NCBI RefSeq assembly: GCF_006345805.1 | Contig: NC_043007.1 | Location: 60,822,001-60,886,000 of the forward strand | DNA from: Octopus sinensis | Taxonomy: Eukaryota | Length of the DNA stretch: 64,000 bases | Direction: 5' to 3' | Part shown: positions 49,518 through 62,517 of the stretch, piece by piece | Layout: each line of letters starts with the position of its first letter | How positions within the stretch are numbered: the stretch's first letter is position 1 | The notes under the pieces: model-generated | Seen by the model: the letters and a program-made list of their open reading frames with translations, nothing else | Database searches by the model: none | What the model was told of the DNA's origin: nothing | Program-made: the position numbers and the translations under genes

Positions 49518-49719
49518 TATATATATATATATATTATATATGCATATTATATATATATAATTATATGTATATATATATGAATATATATATATTATAATAT
49601 ATAATATATATTGCAATATATATATATATGTATATATATAATATATATATGCATATATATATATATATGTAATTAATATATATATATGCCATATAATATA
49701 TATATATATATGAATATAT

Positions 49720-49756
<37 letters not shown>

Positions 49757-49761
49757 ATAGA

Positions 49762-49792
<31 letters not shown>

Positions 49793-50240
49793 GATATATA
49801 TATATATATATATGCATATATATATATATATAGAGATATATATATATTATATAATGCATGATAATATATATATATATGCATAGTATATATATATATGCAT
49901 ATATATAATATATATTGCATAATATATATAATATAATATTATAGCTATATATATNNNNNNNNNNNNNNNNNNNNNNNNNNNNNNNNNNNNNNNNNNNNNN
50001 NNNNNNNNNNNNNNNNNNNNNNNNNNNNNNNNNNNNNNNNNNNNNNNNNNNNNNAAAAAGAATTAGAGAAAGGAAGAAAGAGAAAACGAAAGGAGAGAGA
50101 GAGAGAACAGTATAGAGTCGCATCAAAATTATGAAGATAAACTTACTTGGAAATAGATGTAGATGTGTGGTGTTCAATCATATAATAATATAAATAAAAT
50201 ATATATATATATGCATACATATATGTACATACTGACATAT
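46070..50240. repeat. ~4 kb interrupted (TA)n array containing an assembly gap
   Basis: Almost pure TA with CA and TGCA interruptions. There are 100 Ns at 49955-50054. The array lies in HDHD5 intron 1. Confidence 0.97.
49955..50054. other. Scaffold gap (100 N)
   Basis: Run of exactly 100 N. Confidence 0.99.
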
Positions 50241-50772
50241 ATAAGTATATATATATGCAAATATGAGTACAGGACATCACAAAATGTAAACAACATGAAA
50301 TACGAAAAACAACATGAAATATGAAGACAAACGTTTTTTTGCAAACAGCAAGAGAAACAAGACAAGTAACATAAAGAATGACTCTTCATCAGTTGTCGGC
50401 TGTTTATCTACTCCACATTTCGAGCAATTCACGACAATATGTGCCTTTGAGAAAACAGATGCTCCCGCAAACCAAAGTAAAATTTGGGATTTTGCAGAGG
50501 GTCAAAGTCGGTAACAAAACAGGACAGTGAAACAAATTGTGAGGGCTGCTATATATGTGTGTCTGTGTTTGCCCTCCACCATTGCTTGACAACTGTTGTT
50601 GGTGTGTTTACATCCCTGTAACTTAGCAGTTTGACAAAAGACCCCAATTGAATAAGTACTAGGCTTACAAAGAATAAATCCTGGGGGTTGATTCATTCAA
50701 CTAAAGGCAGTGCTCCAGCATGACTGCAGTCAAATGACTGAAACAAGTAAAAGAGTATATTATATATATATA

Positions 50773-50815
<43 letters not shown>

Positions 50816-50835
50816 TATATATATATAAATATTTA

Positions 50836-51050
50836 AATTTAAATACATAACCAAAAGAGTTGCTAATAGTTTCATGCTTTTATAATACTTGAACAGGCAT
50901 ATATATAAAATACACCATGTATTTTAAAGCAATCTTTTAGGCTCTGTTTATGCATTATATAAGGTACATGGTGTATTTTATGAATATGCCTGCTCAAATA
51001 TCATAAAAGTAGGCAACTATCAATAGCTCTTTCAGTTGTGTATTTAAATT
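50836..51050. repeat. Diverged inverted repeat, MITE-like
   Basis: ~85-bp arms (aatttaaatacataacc...aatacaccatgta / tacatggtgtatttt...tatttaaatt) with scattered mismatches. Confidence 0.75.
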
Positions 51051-51089
51051 GATATTCTTGTTGATTCTACCTCTATTGAATCTTTAAAC

Positions 51090-51135
<46 letters not shown>

Positions 51136-51154
51136 GTAATATATATAATATATC

Positions 51155-51525
51155 GTGGTACTCCGTCGGTTACGACAACGAGGGTTCTAGTTGATCCGAT
51201 CAACGGAACAGCCTGCTCATGAAATTAATGTGCAAGTGGCTGAGCACTTCACAGACACATGTACCCTTAATGTAGTTCTTGGGGAGATTCAGCATGACAC
51301 AGTGTGTGACAAGGCTGGCCCTTCAAAATACAAGTACAACAGAAACAGGAAGAATGTGTGAGAGAAAGTTGTGGTACAGCAGGGTTCACCCCCATCCCTG
51401 CTGGAGCTTCATGGAGCTTTAGGTATTTTTGCTCAATAAACACTCACAACGCCCGGTCTGGGAATTGAAACTGCGATCCTATGACCACGAGACCGCTGCC
51501 CTAACCACTGGGTCATTGTCCCTCC
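51155..51525 (-). mobile_element. SINE, same family as 20789..21115
   Basis: Shares tail ctccgtcggttacgacaacgagggt..gatcaacggaacag and the tRNA-like head. Older copies lie at ~12575-12905 and ~27150-27430. Confidence 0.8.
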
Positions 51526-52004
51526 ACACACACATACACACATTTTTGTATGTGTAATATGTATATGTACATATGTATAATTATGAATCAGTTGAATTAG
51601 GCACTTAAATTGAGGCATCATTTAACATCCATTGTTGATACTGGCATAGGTATATATTTATATGTATGTATGTATTTAAGAAAGCTAAGAACAATGAAAT
51701 GTGAAGAACTTGCAACTACAGTTTAAGACTTTGATATAAGAAGCAACTGAAAATAATTTTTTTGCCCTTCAATTTATTTCCTTTACTGTTACTATCCTAT
51801 ATTATGCAAATATGACTATTTCAAAGCAATTTTTCATGGATTCCCTTCTATAAATTACTCAACTATGGAATGAGATTGGTATTAATTTCTACTTTAGTTT
51901 GACTGAACAACATACAAAAACAATCAATGTATATAAGTATTTGCCTCATGATTTTTTTTTATATATGTTTACACTTTTTTCTTTTTAATTCATATTTTTC
52001 ACAG

Positions 52005-52214
52005 AGTGCCAACAAACCCTGCTTTGGGTTTCTGTTCGATATTGATGGAGTAATTGTAAGAGGTAAAAACCTCCTTCCTTCAGCAAAAGAGGCGTTCAAA
52101 CTTTTGACTGATGAATATGGCAGGTTTATAGTACCTGCATTATTTGTTACAAATGCTGGTAATATGTTACGACAAGAAAAAGCTAAACAACTTTCTAAAT
52201 GGCTGGATGTACAG
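52005..52214 (+). CDS. HDHD5: HDHD5/CECR5 HAD-superfamily hydrolase exon 2 (SANKPCFGFLFDIDGVIVRG...TNAGN...LSKWLDVQ)
   Basis: Acceptor ttttcacag, donor CAG|gtaatt, 210 nt. Contains HAD motif I FDIDG and the class IIA FVTNAG motif. Confidence 0.93.
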
Positions 52215-53771
52215 GTAATTGTTTTTTGCTATTAAAATAACTATCATGTTTATTTACTGCTTTATATATAACTAGAGTTCCTGAGCCGTCAGTGATGATG
52301 GAATTTTAGTAAAAAAGATATCTGATGACAATTGACAAGTAGAGGATGAGGAAATAAATTTTAAAAATGCAAAATTAACAGGAAAATAAGAAAATTATAT
52401 TTATTATTTCCAAAATACTATATGGGTGTGATTCACAGCAGAAGTTAATGAAGAACAACATTTCTGGGCAGTCATGAGGAGACACTAACATAATTTGGCT
52501 TTCAGAATTTTCAGTCTGTAATTTCAAAGTGTTCCTAACCCTAACCTTAACCCAAGTCATTTCATAGCATACAGTACAGGTACAGCAGTAGACTACATGC
52601 TAAGGTAGCATAGAAATTTCTTATGATTTCTGTGAAGTTGGACAAATCACCTGAATTTATGAACATTAAAACATTATAACACAATGAAGATTGCAGAATG
52701 AACTTCCAAATACAAAAAATAAACAGAACAACTCCGGCAAATAAGTGAAGATTTTGTTTGAAAATTTAGAGAGAAAAAATGTTATTGGTCTTAGTGGGAA
52801 AATAGGATGAAACTCAAGTTTCATTGTTCTAGTATGGCAGTAACTTACCTTAAAATAACTGTTTGAGCTATAGTAGTGATGAAGATCTCTTATAAATGTT
52901 GTGATGCATGGTAAATCATTAAAATTAATATTAAAACATTAGTTAAGCATTAAAAAAGGAGAATAAGAATAAACTTTCAAATACAAAAGACAAACAGAAC
53001 TAAATAGAGATGTTGTTGCAGTGCAAAAATAGAAATGCTGTTGGTTAATTTAGAAAATTTCAAACTGTTTGATTAAACATTATGAGGCAAATACAAAAAA
53101 AATAAACAGAATGACTTCAGCTCATGTCAAATGATTTAGAACGTAAATCTTATAAAGTGGAACAAAAATCAACAGCTTCAAATACAAAGACACATAGCAT
53201 ATTATACATATTGATATTTCTTTACATAGACACACAACCAGAAACTTTTATGAGGGAAGGAACAGTCAATTATATCAATCCTCTTGTACATATTTTATCA
53301 ATCTTGGCAGGATAAGCTACAAAATCAACCTTGGCAGGATTTGAAATCATCATTTTTTCTTTTTTAATAAAACAATCTACTTATGTACTATTTCTGTTTA
53401 TATACCTTATGTATTTCTAGTAACCGCATGACTATGTGGTTCAGAAATGTGTTTTATAGGCATGTTGATTCTAGTTTAATACTATTGCATGGCACCTTAA
53501 GTTGCTGGCTTTTACCATCACCTTAAGTTGTTCAATGCCTGGTGAAGGCAGCTTGGTCAATGGAAACTGTGCAGAAGCCTATCATATATGTGTATATATG
53601 ATCGTACAAAAAGCATTCGAACACTTATGAAACATACACTTATGCATATCTAAACATGCATACAAGTGCATATACATACCCCTGAAACTATAAAGGCTCA
53701 TTTCATACATTATATAAAAAAATAGGGTCTTACATTAATGGTTACAACAAAGGACCTTAGGCTGGCAATAA

Positions 53772-53886
53772 ATATATATATGTATATATATATATGTATA
53801 TATATATATGTATATATATATATATGTATATATATATATGTATATATATATATGTATATATATATATATGTATATGTATATGTATA

Positions 53887-53940
<54 letters not shown>
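53772..53940. repeat. (TA)n/(TATG)n microsatellite
   Basis: Direct reading of the sequence. Confidence 0.95.
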
Positions 53941-53942
<2 letters not shown>

Positions 53943-53989
53943 TCATCAGTATCATTTAACATCCATCTTCCATGCATATATATAAATGA

Positions 53990-54820
53990 AGTTAGTATGC
54001 TTTGCTAGAAGTGCAATGTGAATGTGCATGTTCGAGAGAAAAGTTAGGCATAAGAGGCATCAGATGTGGTGTGCAAGAGAGGTGACTGCACTCATATGGT
54101 CATATGATGTGTATAGATGAGAAGAATTGTATAAAGAAGTGCCAATTTCTAACTGTGGGGGGAACCTGTGGCAGAGGTAGACCCAGGAAGACATGGGATG
54201 AAGTGGTGAAGCATGATCTTTGAACTTTGAACCTCACAGAGGCAATGACTTTTGACCAAGACCTTTGGCAATATGCTGTGCTTGAGAAGACCTATCAAGC
54301 CAAGTGAAATCGTTGTCATGGCTGATGTTGGTGTCACATAACTGGCATCCATGCTGATAGCACGTAAAGAGCACCATTGGAGCATTAAGCTTCATGGAGG
54401 CAAAGTGGCTGAGTTCTTTTCAAGCATTTGAGCATTGGGCCTCACAGAGGCAAAGCAGCTGAGTTCCTTTCAAGTGTTGGGTCTTATGGAGGCAAAGTGG
54501 CTGAGTTCCTTTTGAGTTCCTCACGGAGGCAATGTCGAAGACCTTTGACATTATGTCATGTTTGAGAAGAAGACCCATCAAGCCAAGCAAAGTTGCAGTC
54601 GTGGAAGATACTGGTGTTGCACAAATGACATCTGTGCCAGTGGCACATAAAAACACCCATTACACTCTTGGAGTGGTTGGCATTAGGAAGGGCATCCAGC
54701 TGTAGAAAACCATGCCAAATCAGGCTGGAATCTGGTGCAGCCTTCCAGCTTACCAGCACTGGTCAGACTGTTCAACCCATGCCAGCATGGACAATGGATG
54801 TTAAATGATGATGATGATAA
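53990..54820 (+). mobile_element. RTE LINE 3' fragment with reiterated C-terminal segments
   Basis: Degenerate GTCGRGRPRKTWDEVVKHDL coding sequence, internal repeats and a (GAT)n tail. Confidence 0.8.
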
Positions 54821-55184
54821 AAAAGGCAGCAAGCTGGCGGATTTGTTAGTGCATTGGGCAAAATGCTTAGTGGCATTTTGTCTGTCTTTACATTCTCATT
54901 TCAAATGCTGCCAAGGTCAACTTTGCCTTTCGTCATTTTGGTATTGATAAAATAAGTACCAATTGAGCATTGGGGTCAATGTAATCAACTGACCCCCTCC
55001 CCTGAATTTGCTGACCATGTGCCAAAATTTGAAACCAATATTCTTTTGCTGTTTAACTAGGTCAGCCTTTTCAAGAACATTTTCTTTAAAATGATAAGGT
55101 AGTGAGTTGAGAGAATTTAGCTACTATTTTATGTAGATTGAATGTATATTTAGTCTTTGGCATTGAATGTGTTAGAATTGTGTA

Positions 55185-55580
55185 GGAGGGGCTGTGTGGT
55201 AAGTAGCTTGCTTACGAACCACATGGTTTCGAGTACAGTCCCACTGCATGACACCTTGGACAAGTGTCTTCTACTATAACCTTGGGCTGACCAAAGCCTT
55301 GTGAGTGGATTTGGTAGACGGAAACTGAAAGAAGCTCGTTGTATATATGTATATATATGTGTATGTGTGTGTGTATACGTTTGTGTGTCTGTGTTTGTAC
55401 CCCTAACATCGCTTGACAACCGATGCTGGTGTGTTTACGTCCTTGTAACTTAGTGGTTTGGCAAAAGAGACCGATAGAATAAGTACTAGGCTTACAAAGA
55501 ATAAGTCCTGGAATCGATTTGCTCGACTAAAGGCAGTGCTCCAGCATGGCCACTGTCAAATGACTGAAACAAGTAAAGGA
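55185..55580 (+). mobile_element. tRNA-derived SINE family 2, near full length
   Basis: Head ggctgtgtggtaagtagcttgc, core ccttggacaagtgtcttc, internal microsatellite, tail gactgaaacaagtaaa. Other copies lie at ~21400-21760 (-), 34280-34490 (-), 38918-39080 (-), 50560-50755 (+) and 58930-59140 (+). Confidence 0.85.
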
Positions 55581-57319
55581 GTGTTTTTAATTCTTTTAAA
55601 TCAGCTGAGAAGGCCTTGGTTTACTATCTAATTTTGTTTATGTTATGTATGACATATGACAAACAAGCAAACAAAAAATATGCACAAAACACACACACAC
55701 AAACAATATCAGTGTTAGTTTCATAGCTACAGTGTTCAGGAGTTTAACAAACAACAACGATAACATATGCATTGTTCTCTCTATCATGTTTTGTCATACA
55801 TTCTCTACATAGCTGTCAACTGAAATAAAAGTGTTGATGGAAAGCTAGTTACTTGTGTAGTTAAGCAGGTTGTACAGCACAGCACCATTATTGTTGACTG
55901 CTATAATTCTACTGTTGCATGAGGTTTTTGCTAAGTTCTGTAATTCTGTAATTTCTCTATAATGAGAAAGTTTGGTATTGATAAATGAGTTGTGAAAATT
56001 GGTCAAGCCATGTGTGAAGGTACTTACTAATGCTAAAGGTCTTAATAGTGTTTGTGGCTGAATGTCCGCTGATGCTCTTCTGTTCACAGCCATCTTCTTT
56101 TATAATAGTCTTTGAGGCAATTACATAGAGGTCCAAGGCTAAATTTTCTTGTGTAATTTCGTATGATAATCTGTTTCCCAGCACAAAATTTATCAAAGAA
56201 CTGTGAAAAAAGATGTAGACTGGGTAAGAGGGAAGTGTTTTATTTCTTGCAATTTGGAAAGGTTATTCTTTGCTATGGTTTATTGGTTTCATAGACACAA
56301 AAATTTAATAGTAGCTAAAATCTAGCATGGCTAGATTTCACTGCTGTTGAGTAGAAATGAGTCAAGAAGCTAATCAGGAGAGATGGATTATACTGTTTTT
56401 TTATACATGAGATAATTGGATTATGTTCATTGAGTGAAGAGTAGATATGAGTTTACTGTGACAGATGCATCATGGCAGATGTAGGACTGAAGAGGTTATG
56501 TAGTCTGGTCACATATAAAAACATGATGCCACATAGATGAGACAATGTAAGATTGGGAAGAATGGAGATATAGTGTATCAGACAAGTTGAGAGGGAAGGG
56601 GAGCTACTGTATTGCAAGTCTGGTTAACCTATGCTACCATGAAAAAGTGGATTTCATTTAACTGATCGTTGTATATATTGTTAATCTATCACTATGATAC
56701 ACAATCTGTATTGGTCTCAGGCTGTGTATCTGTCAGGAAAAGGGAGTGGGGGAGAGCAAATTGAAACATGAGTTAAAAGAAGAGGTGAGTGTATGAAACA
56801 AAGGGCTTGGGGTGAATATTCATTACAATTCTTGAATACAGTTACAAAGTTATCCCTCTTGAATGTTTTTACAACTATTTCTGTTATCACCACCACTACT
56901 ACTAGTAGTAATTTACTTTAGTTAACTAAAATATGAATACAATATGCTTCAGTGGTTAAAGAAATGTTATAATCATTATGATTTTGATTAGTTTTTTGTA
57001 AAATTGTAAGAATGAAACTGAGCAGTTTCACATACTCAGTTGCAATAATTTCTAAGTTTGAATCTACAGTTTTCTAAATAATTTTAGTAAAATGTAGTTA
57101 TATGAAGAACTGGTATTAAAGAAATAAGTATTAGTAAGTAAAACAGTGAAAATATCTAGGTATTATAGTCTTATAGTTATTTGTAATTAAACAGTATAAT
57201 TTTTATTGATAACATATTTATTGAAAACATGCAGGTAAAAATACTGTTGTATTCAATCTTAATTATAAGTTGATGATTTTTTTAATTTTTAAAATCAGAT
57301 AAATTTCATTATTTTGTAT

Positions 57320-57790
57320 CATCATCATCATCATCATTGTTTAACGTCTGCTTTTCATGCTAGCATGGGTTGGATGATTTGACTGAAGAGTGGCAAACCA
57401 GATGGCTGCACCAGGCTCCAATCTGATCTGGCAGAGTTTCTACAGCTTGATGCCCTTCCTAACGCCAACCACTGCGAGAGTGTAGTGGGTGCTTTTACAT
57501 GCCACTGACATGAGGGCCAGTCAGGCGGTACTGGCAATAGCCTTGCTCCAATGGTGTTTTTATGTGCCACCCACACGGGAGCCAGTCCGGCGGCACTGGC
57601 AACGACCTCGCTCGAATGTTTTTCACGTGCCAGTAAGGCGACGCGGGTAATGATCATGCTCGAATGATGCTTTTTATGTGCCACTGGTATGGAAGCCAGT
57701 TTGCTGCTCTGGCAACAATCACGCTCAGATGGTGCTCTTAGTGCTCCACTGGCATGGATGCCAGTCATCGAATTTGATTTCGAAAACCCC
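57320..57790 (-). mobile_element. RTE 3' UTR fragment
   Basis: (ATC)n tail on the + strand, then the conserved 3' UTR and diverged ~60-bp repeats. Confidence 0.8.
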
Positions 57791-58300
57791 TTAAATTTGA
57801 AAGAAGTAAAATTATTTCCGAAATTATTACTCTCACACAATGAGTAACTTCTACTGTTAAGACTTATTGTTGGTTGCTTGTTCCAACCAAAAACGTCATA
57901 TTAACTGACATGGAATGAATACAGTATATCTTTTATGAATTGACAATCAAGCAGTATTATTTGCTTTTATTCAATTTTATTTCAATTTAAAAATTTTTAT
58001 TTTGGAAATAATTCATTTCGTTATTTTGTATATACACCATGAAATTTGAAAAAGTAAAATTATATTAGTGTACCTGTTTAATACTGATATTACCCACAAT
58101 GGTATTTCCATCATTACCTGTCATAAAATGGGTAACAATCTAGTACTAAATAAATAGGAAAATGGCAGTTTTTGCAGATCTTATTTCAGCCAATTGTCTT
58201 GTTAATTATTCAATATACTATCTTTTATTTTGTTTTCTATTTTCTGTATTAAAAAATATGATTATGTAAATAAATGTTTTCTTTATTACTGTGTTTCTAG

Positions 58301-58525
<225 letters not shown>

Positions 58526-58868
58526 TGAGTTGTATATTGCATTTTTAAAAATTAATTGATAATATTAATCAAGAATATTTCATAATCATTACTTTCTTCC
58601 TTATTTATTTATAGAGCAATTCAACTATTTTAGTATTTAGCCTTTCATCTCTTTGAAACTACCAAAATAGTTAACTTAGTCAGAATTTGAACTATATAAG
58701 CATAGGCTTCTAACCACAGGTCACATAACAACAGACATTGTTTATAAAATCATTAGTGGCTTAACTTCTTAATTAGATTTTATTACACATTCATAATTTC
58801 TTTTGCATATCAGCTTTAATGATTAAATGATACACTACATAATTCCTTTTTTTTTTCTGTTTTAACAG

Positions 58869-58905
58869 CCTTGTGCTTTTGAGAAATACTTCCCTAAAAT
58901 TGAAG
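58869..58905 (+). CDS. HDHD5: HDHD5 exon 4, small exon (PCAFEKYFPKIE)
   Basis: Acceptor tttaacag, donor G|gtaagc, 37 nt, phase 0 to 1. Bridges exons 3 and 5 in frame (FPKIEA). Confidence 0.88.
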
Positions 58906-59559
58906 GTAAGCTTTTGACAAATGTTTTTTTTTAATGTGTGTGTGTGTGGTCTTTGTGTCTGTGTTTGTCCCCCACTACAGCTTGACAACTGGTGTCCCCA
59001 TAACTTAGCAGTTCAACAAAAGAGACTGATAGAATAAGTACCAGGCTTAAGAAAATAAGTTTTTGTGTCAATTTGTTCAAGTAAAACCCTTCAAGGTGGT
59101 GCCCCAGCTTGGCCACAATCAAATGACTGAAACAAACAAAAGATAAAGATACTGTATTGGCAGAGAATTGATAATTGATGGTTATGAGTTCTGCTTTTCA
59201 AATTCTACTGACTTGACATTTTGTCCCTTAGGATCTTTTAGATTAAATATTATATAGATTAAAAACAGATAGAGCAACTTAGACAAGGGATATTGATATT
59301 GCATTTTGGGTGTCCACAGTTACAACTTCTAAGTGTTTTGTGGAACAGATCTATGGTAAGTCTAGAAAAAGAGAGACTTAAAAAACAAATCAAATTTTCC
59401 CCTCATGGGAAGTTGCCTGTTGGAATGACATTCTCATTGTTCTAATAAATATTTAAATGAAGCTACTAATTCATGTGATAATTGAAACTTGCACATTCAC
59501 TCCACAAATAAAAAAGCAATGAAATAATAATGATAATGAAATGAATTTATTGTATACAG

Positions 59560-61790
59560 GGCTTAGGTGCACTACATCTCATCAGAAAAGTAGCTGAAAG
59601 TGCATGAACAGTACATAGAATAACTCATGGGAAGTGAACAGTGAATGAATCATTAAAAAAAAAGAGAGGGAACATCATGTGTACTGTTGGCAAATTTCAG
59701 GTGCAGATAGTTTTTCCATGATTCAACAATTCTGAATGTGAAAAAAATGTTTCCAAAAGTCATGGGTGCTGTGTTGTTTTCTGATTTTGTAAGCATGTCC
59801 ACAAATGTTAGACATATGGTATTCAAAAAGGTGCCCAAGGTTGTTGTGGGAAAGATGGTGGATAATCCTGTGGGCATCTACTAAGTCAGTTGCCAAACAC
59901 TGGAACTTTAATGTGTCCATGTCCAGGGAAGCAAGATATTTAGAGTATTATAGGTACCTGATGGCAGGTATTTATCTGTACACATTTCTGAATAGTTTTT
60001 AGGAGACCGATATGCTGAGAAAACACACAAACCATTACTGAGCAAGATAGGGGTTCCAGACTGGTGATGCAAACTCTAAGTGTGGACGTGCCATAGCCAT
60101 ATACAGCTGTAAATAGATAGCTGAAGAGTGACTGACAAAGATCTTGCTGAGTGATACTAAATAACCCTTGGCCTTGACAATTTTAGAGATGTGGTTTGCC
60201 CAGTGCAAGCTGCTGTTGACAATAATGCCCAGGTCATGTTCATTGCAGACTTCTTAAGGTTGGTATTGTAGAGGGAGTATGTAAAAGCTGGGTTTTTCCT
60301 CCCAAAATGCCTGCTTGAGTTGCTAGTCAGTAATCCATTGCTGCATTGTGTCCAGACCTGATTGCAAGATCTATAGCATATAGGATCTGTTCGTTTTTAT
60401 CTCAAGGTACAGCTTGATGTCATCTGTATATTTCAACATTCTTCAAGTTGGCATCAATGTCATCAATATATGCAACAAACAACAGGGGTCCAAGAACAGA
60501 TCCCTGTGGGACACTAGATGTCATTTTATAGGCTGAAGACTGCTGTCTAAGAGTCTTGACTACCTCTTTTCGAACAAGAATGAAGAACTTCAATCAATTA
60601 TAAAGATCATCTTTCACACCCATTGTAGAGAGTTTTGCCATAAGTTGTTTGTATGGAACAGAATCGAAGGCTTTTTCAAAGTCAAGATAGATAACATCTA
60701 TCCATGATCCACCATCTGTGATTCAGGTGATATCTTCAGGAAACTCAATGAGTTGGCCACAGCAGCTGGAGTTAAGGATAATTCCAACTGGTGAGGGTTG
60801 AATAAGGCTGTGAGAGTTCCAGAAGTTCCAGAGTGTTTCTCTGACACAGGACTCCATCAGTTTGGTGATGCAGCTAGTAGAACTGACTGGATGGTTGTTG
60901 ACAAGTGATGTGCAATCACCCTTTTTCAACAAGAGAATGATGCAGGCAATTTCCCATTGCTCTGGGGTGAACATTTATTAAGGAAAAATTGGAAGAAGAA
61001 TGAAAAAGTGCAAAAGAAAAACCTGTGTTTGAGAAGCAGATAAGCAACACTGTGAAGACCAGAAGAGGCACAGTTATTGTCACCTAAATGTTTCTCAGTA
61101 GTGACACTGATAATTGTTTCAGGGTTAGTGGTAAAGATCAGATCCAAAGTGTTGTCAACTCTTGTTGGGGAGGTGACTACTTGGAACCAGCTTAAATCTA
61201 ACACTAAATCAAGGAAATCATTTGCACTTTGCAGCCATTGAAAGGTTTCCCAATCAATCTTAGGGTAATTGAAGTTATCAACAATGAAAACATAAGTGAC
61301 TGTTATCTTAGATGCAGCTCTGAGCATGTCAAGAAGTTGTGTGTCCTGATGATAATTTGTGGGTAGTAAACAATCCCAAGTAGAAGTGTTGACACATTTA
61401 TACATATATTACATAAAAATACCTCTTGTGATTTGTTCAGATTATCACAAGGAATTGCTGAAAATTTTGAACAAGCATAAACTATCACATCACCTTCATG
61501 ATGATTAATGTGGTCTTTACAAAACAAGTGACCAGCTATATTAAAAACACCATTGCAAAGTAAAGAGTGTGCTCATGTTTCTGTGACTAATGAAATCAAG
61601 GTCTATACTTCTGATGTAAGAGTCAAAAAGGTAGATCCTGTTGCATAAACTTTGGGAATTTAAGGACAGTAATTTGTATCTTGATTTAAGCCTATCATAT
61701 TGATATATGGTGGATGGTGAATTGTACTTAAGAAAACAAAATACTGTCTTATAAATACAGTTTTTATCCCACTTTTTAAAAATATCTTTC
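59560..61790 (-). mobile_element. CR1-clade LINE, degenerate (APE endonuclease and RT remnants)
   Basis: LNSQSLCNR, VDNFNYPKIDW, PTRVDNTLDLIFT, KAFDSVP, VPQGSVLGPLLF and RPHLEFASPVWNP across broken frames. Confidence 0.8.
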
Positions 61791-62310
61791 ACTTATTTAC
61801 AGGTTTACAGACCTCTCTCTCAGTCTCTCTTTCTCTCTCTAGCCATATTAGTTATGGTACCCACCCATATGCCACTAGTTTGCAAAGAATATTACTCTGA
61901 TGTTAGTCTTATCACTTGTCTTTTTGAAAGTGAGTCAGAAGAAAGTGCCATATGTCTGGTGCATACTTTTCTGTAAGTAAAATTCAATACTTTACCCAAG
62001 CGCAAGAGAGCCACTAACTATAGTGAGTTGGGAACTCATGACCCTAATGTGTTGTATTTTGTCCACTAACAGTATCAAATTAACTTAATATAATATGCTT
62101 AGTGGGAATCAAGTATTCATTATCTTGCAGATGGATTTGAGTTGCATTATCCTGGATACAGTACAATACTAGTTAGTAGATACAAATTTGTGACTATTAA
62201 ACTGGATATACAGTTATGACCCGACTTCAATGGCTAGATCTAGTTCCCCACCTTAGATACAACATATGTCATTCTATACTACCAAACATATCAAATAAAC
62301 CAGTATTTAA

Positions 62311-62517
<207 letters not shown>

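Noticed and set aside
46061-50389. Dozens of long I/Y/M/H-rich ORFs
   Set aside because: These are translations of (TA)n/(TGCA) microsatellite, which lacks stops in some frames. The same applies at 33724-34058 and 53735-54008.
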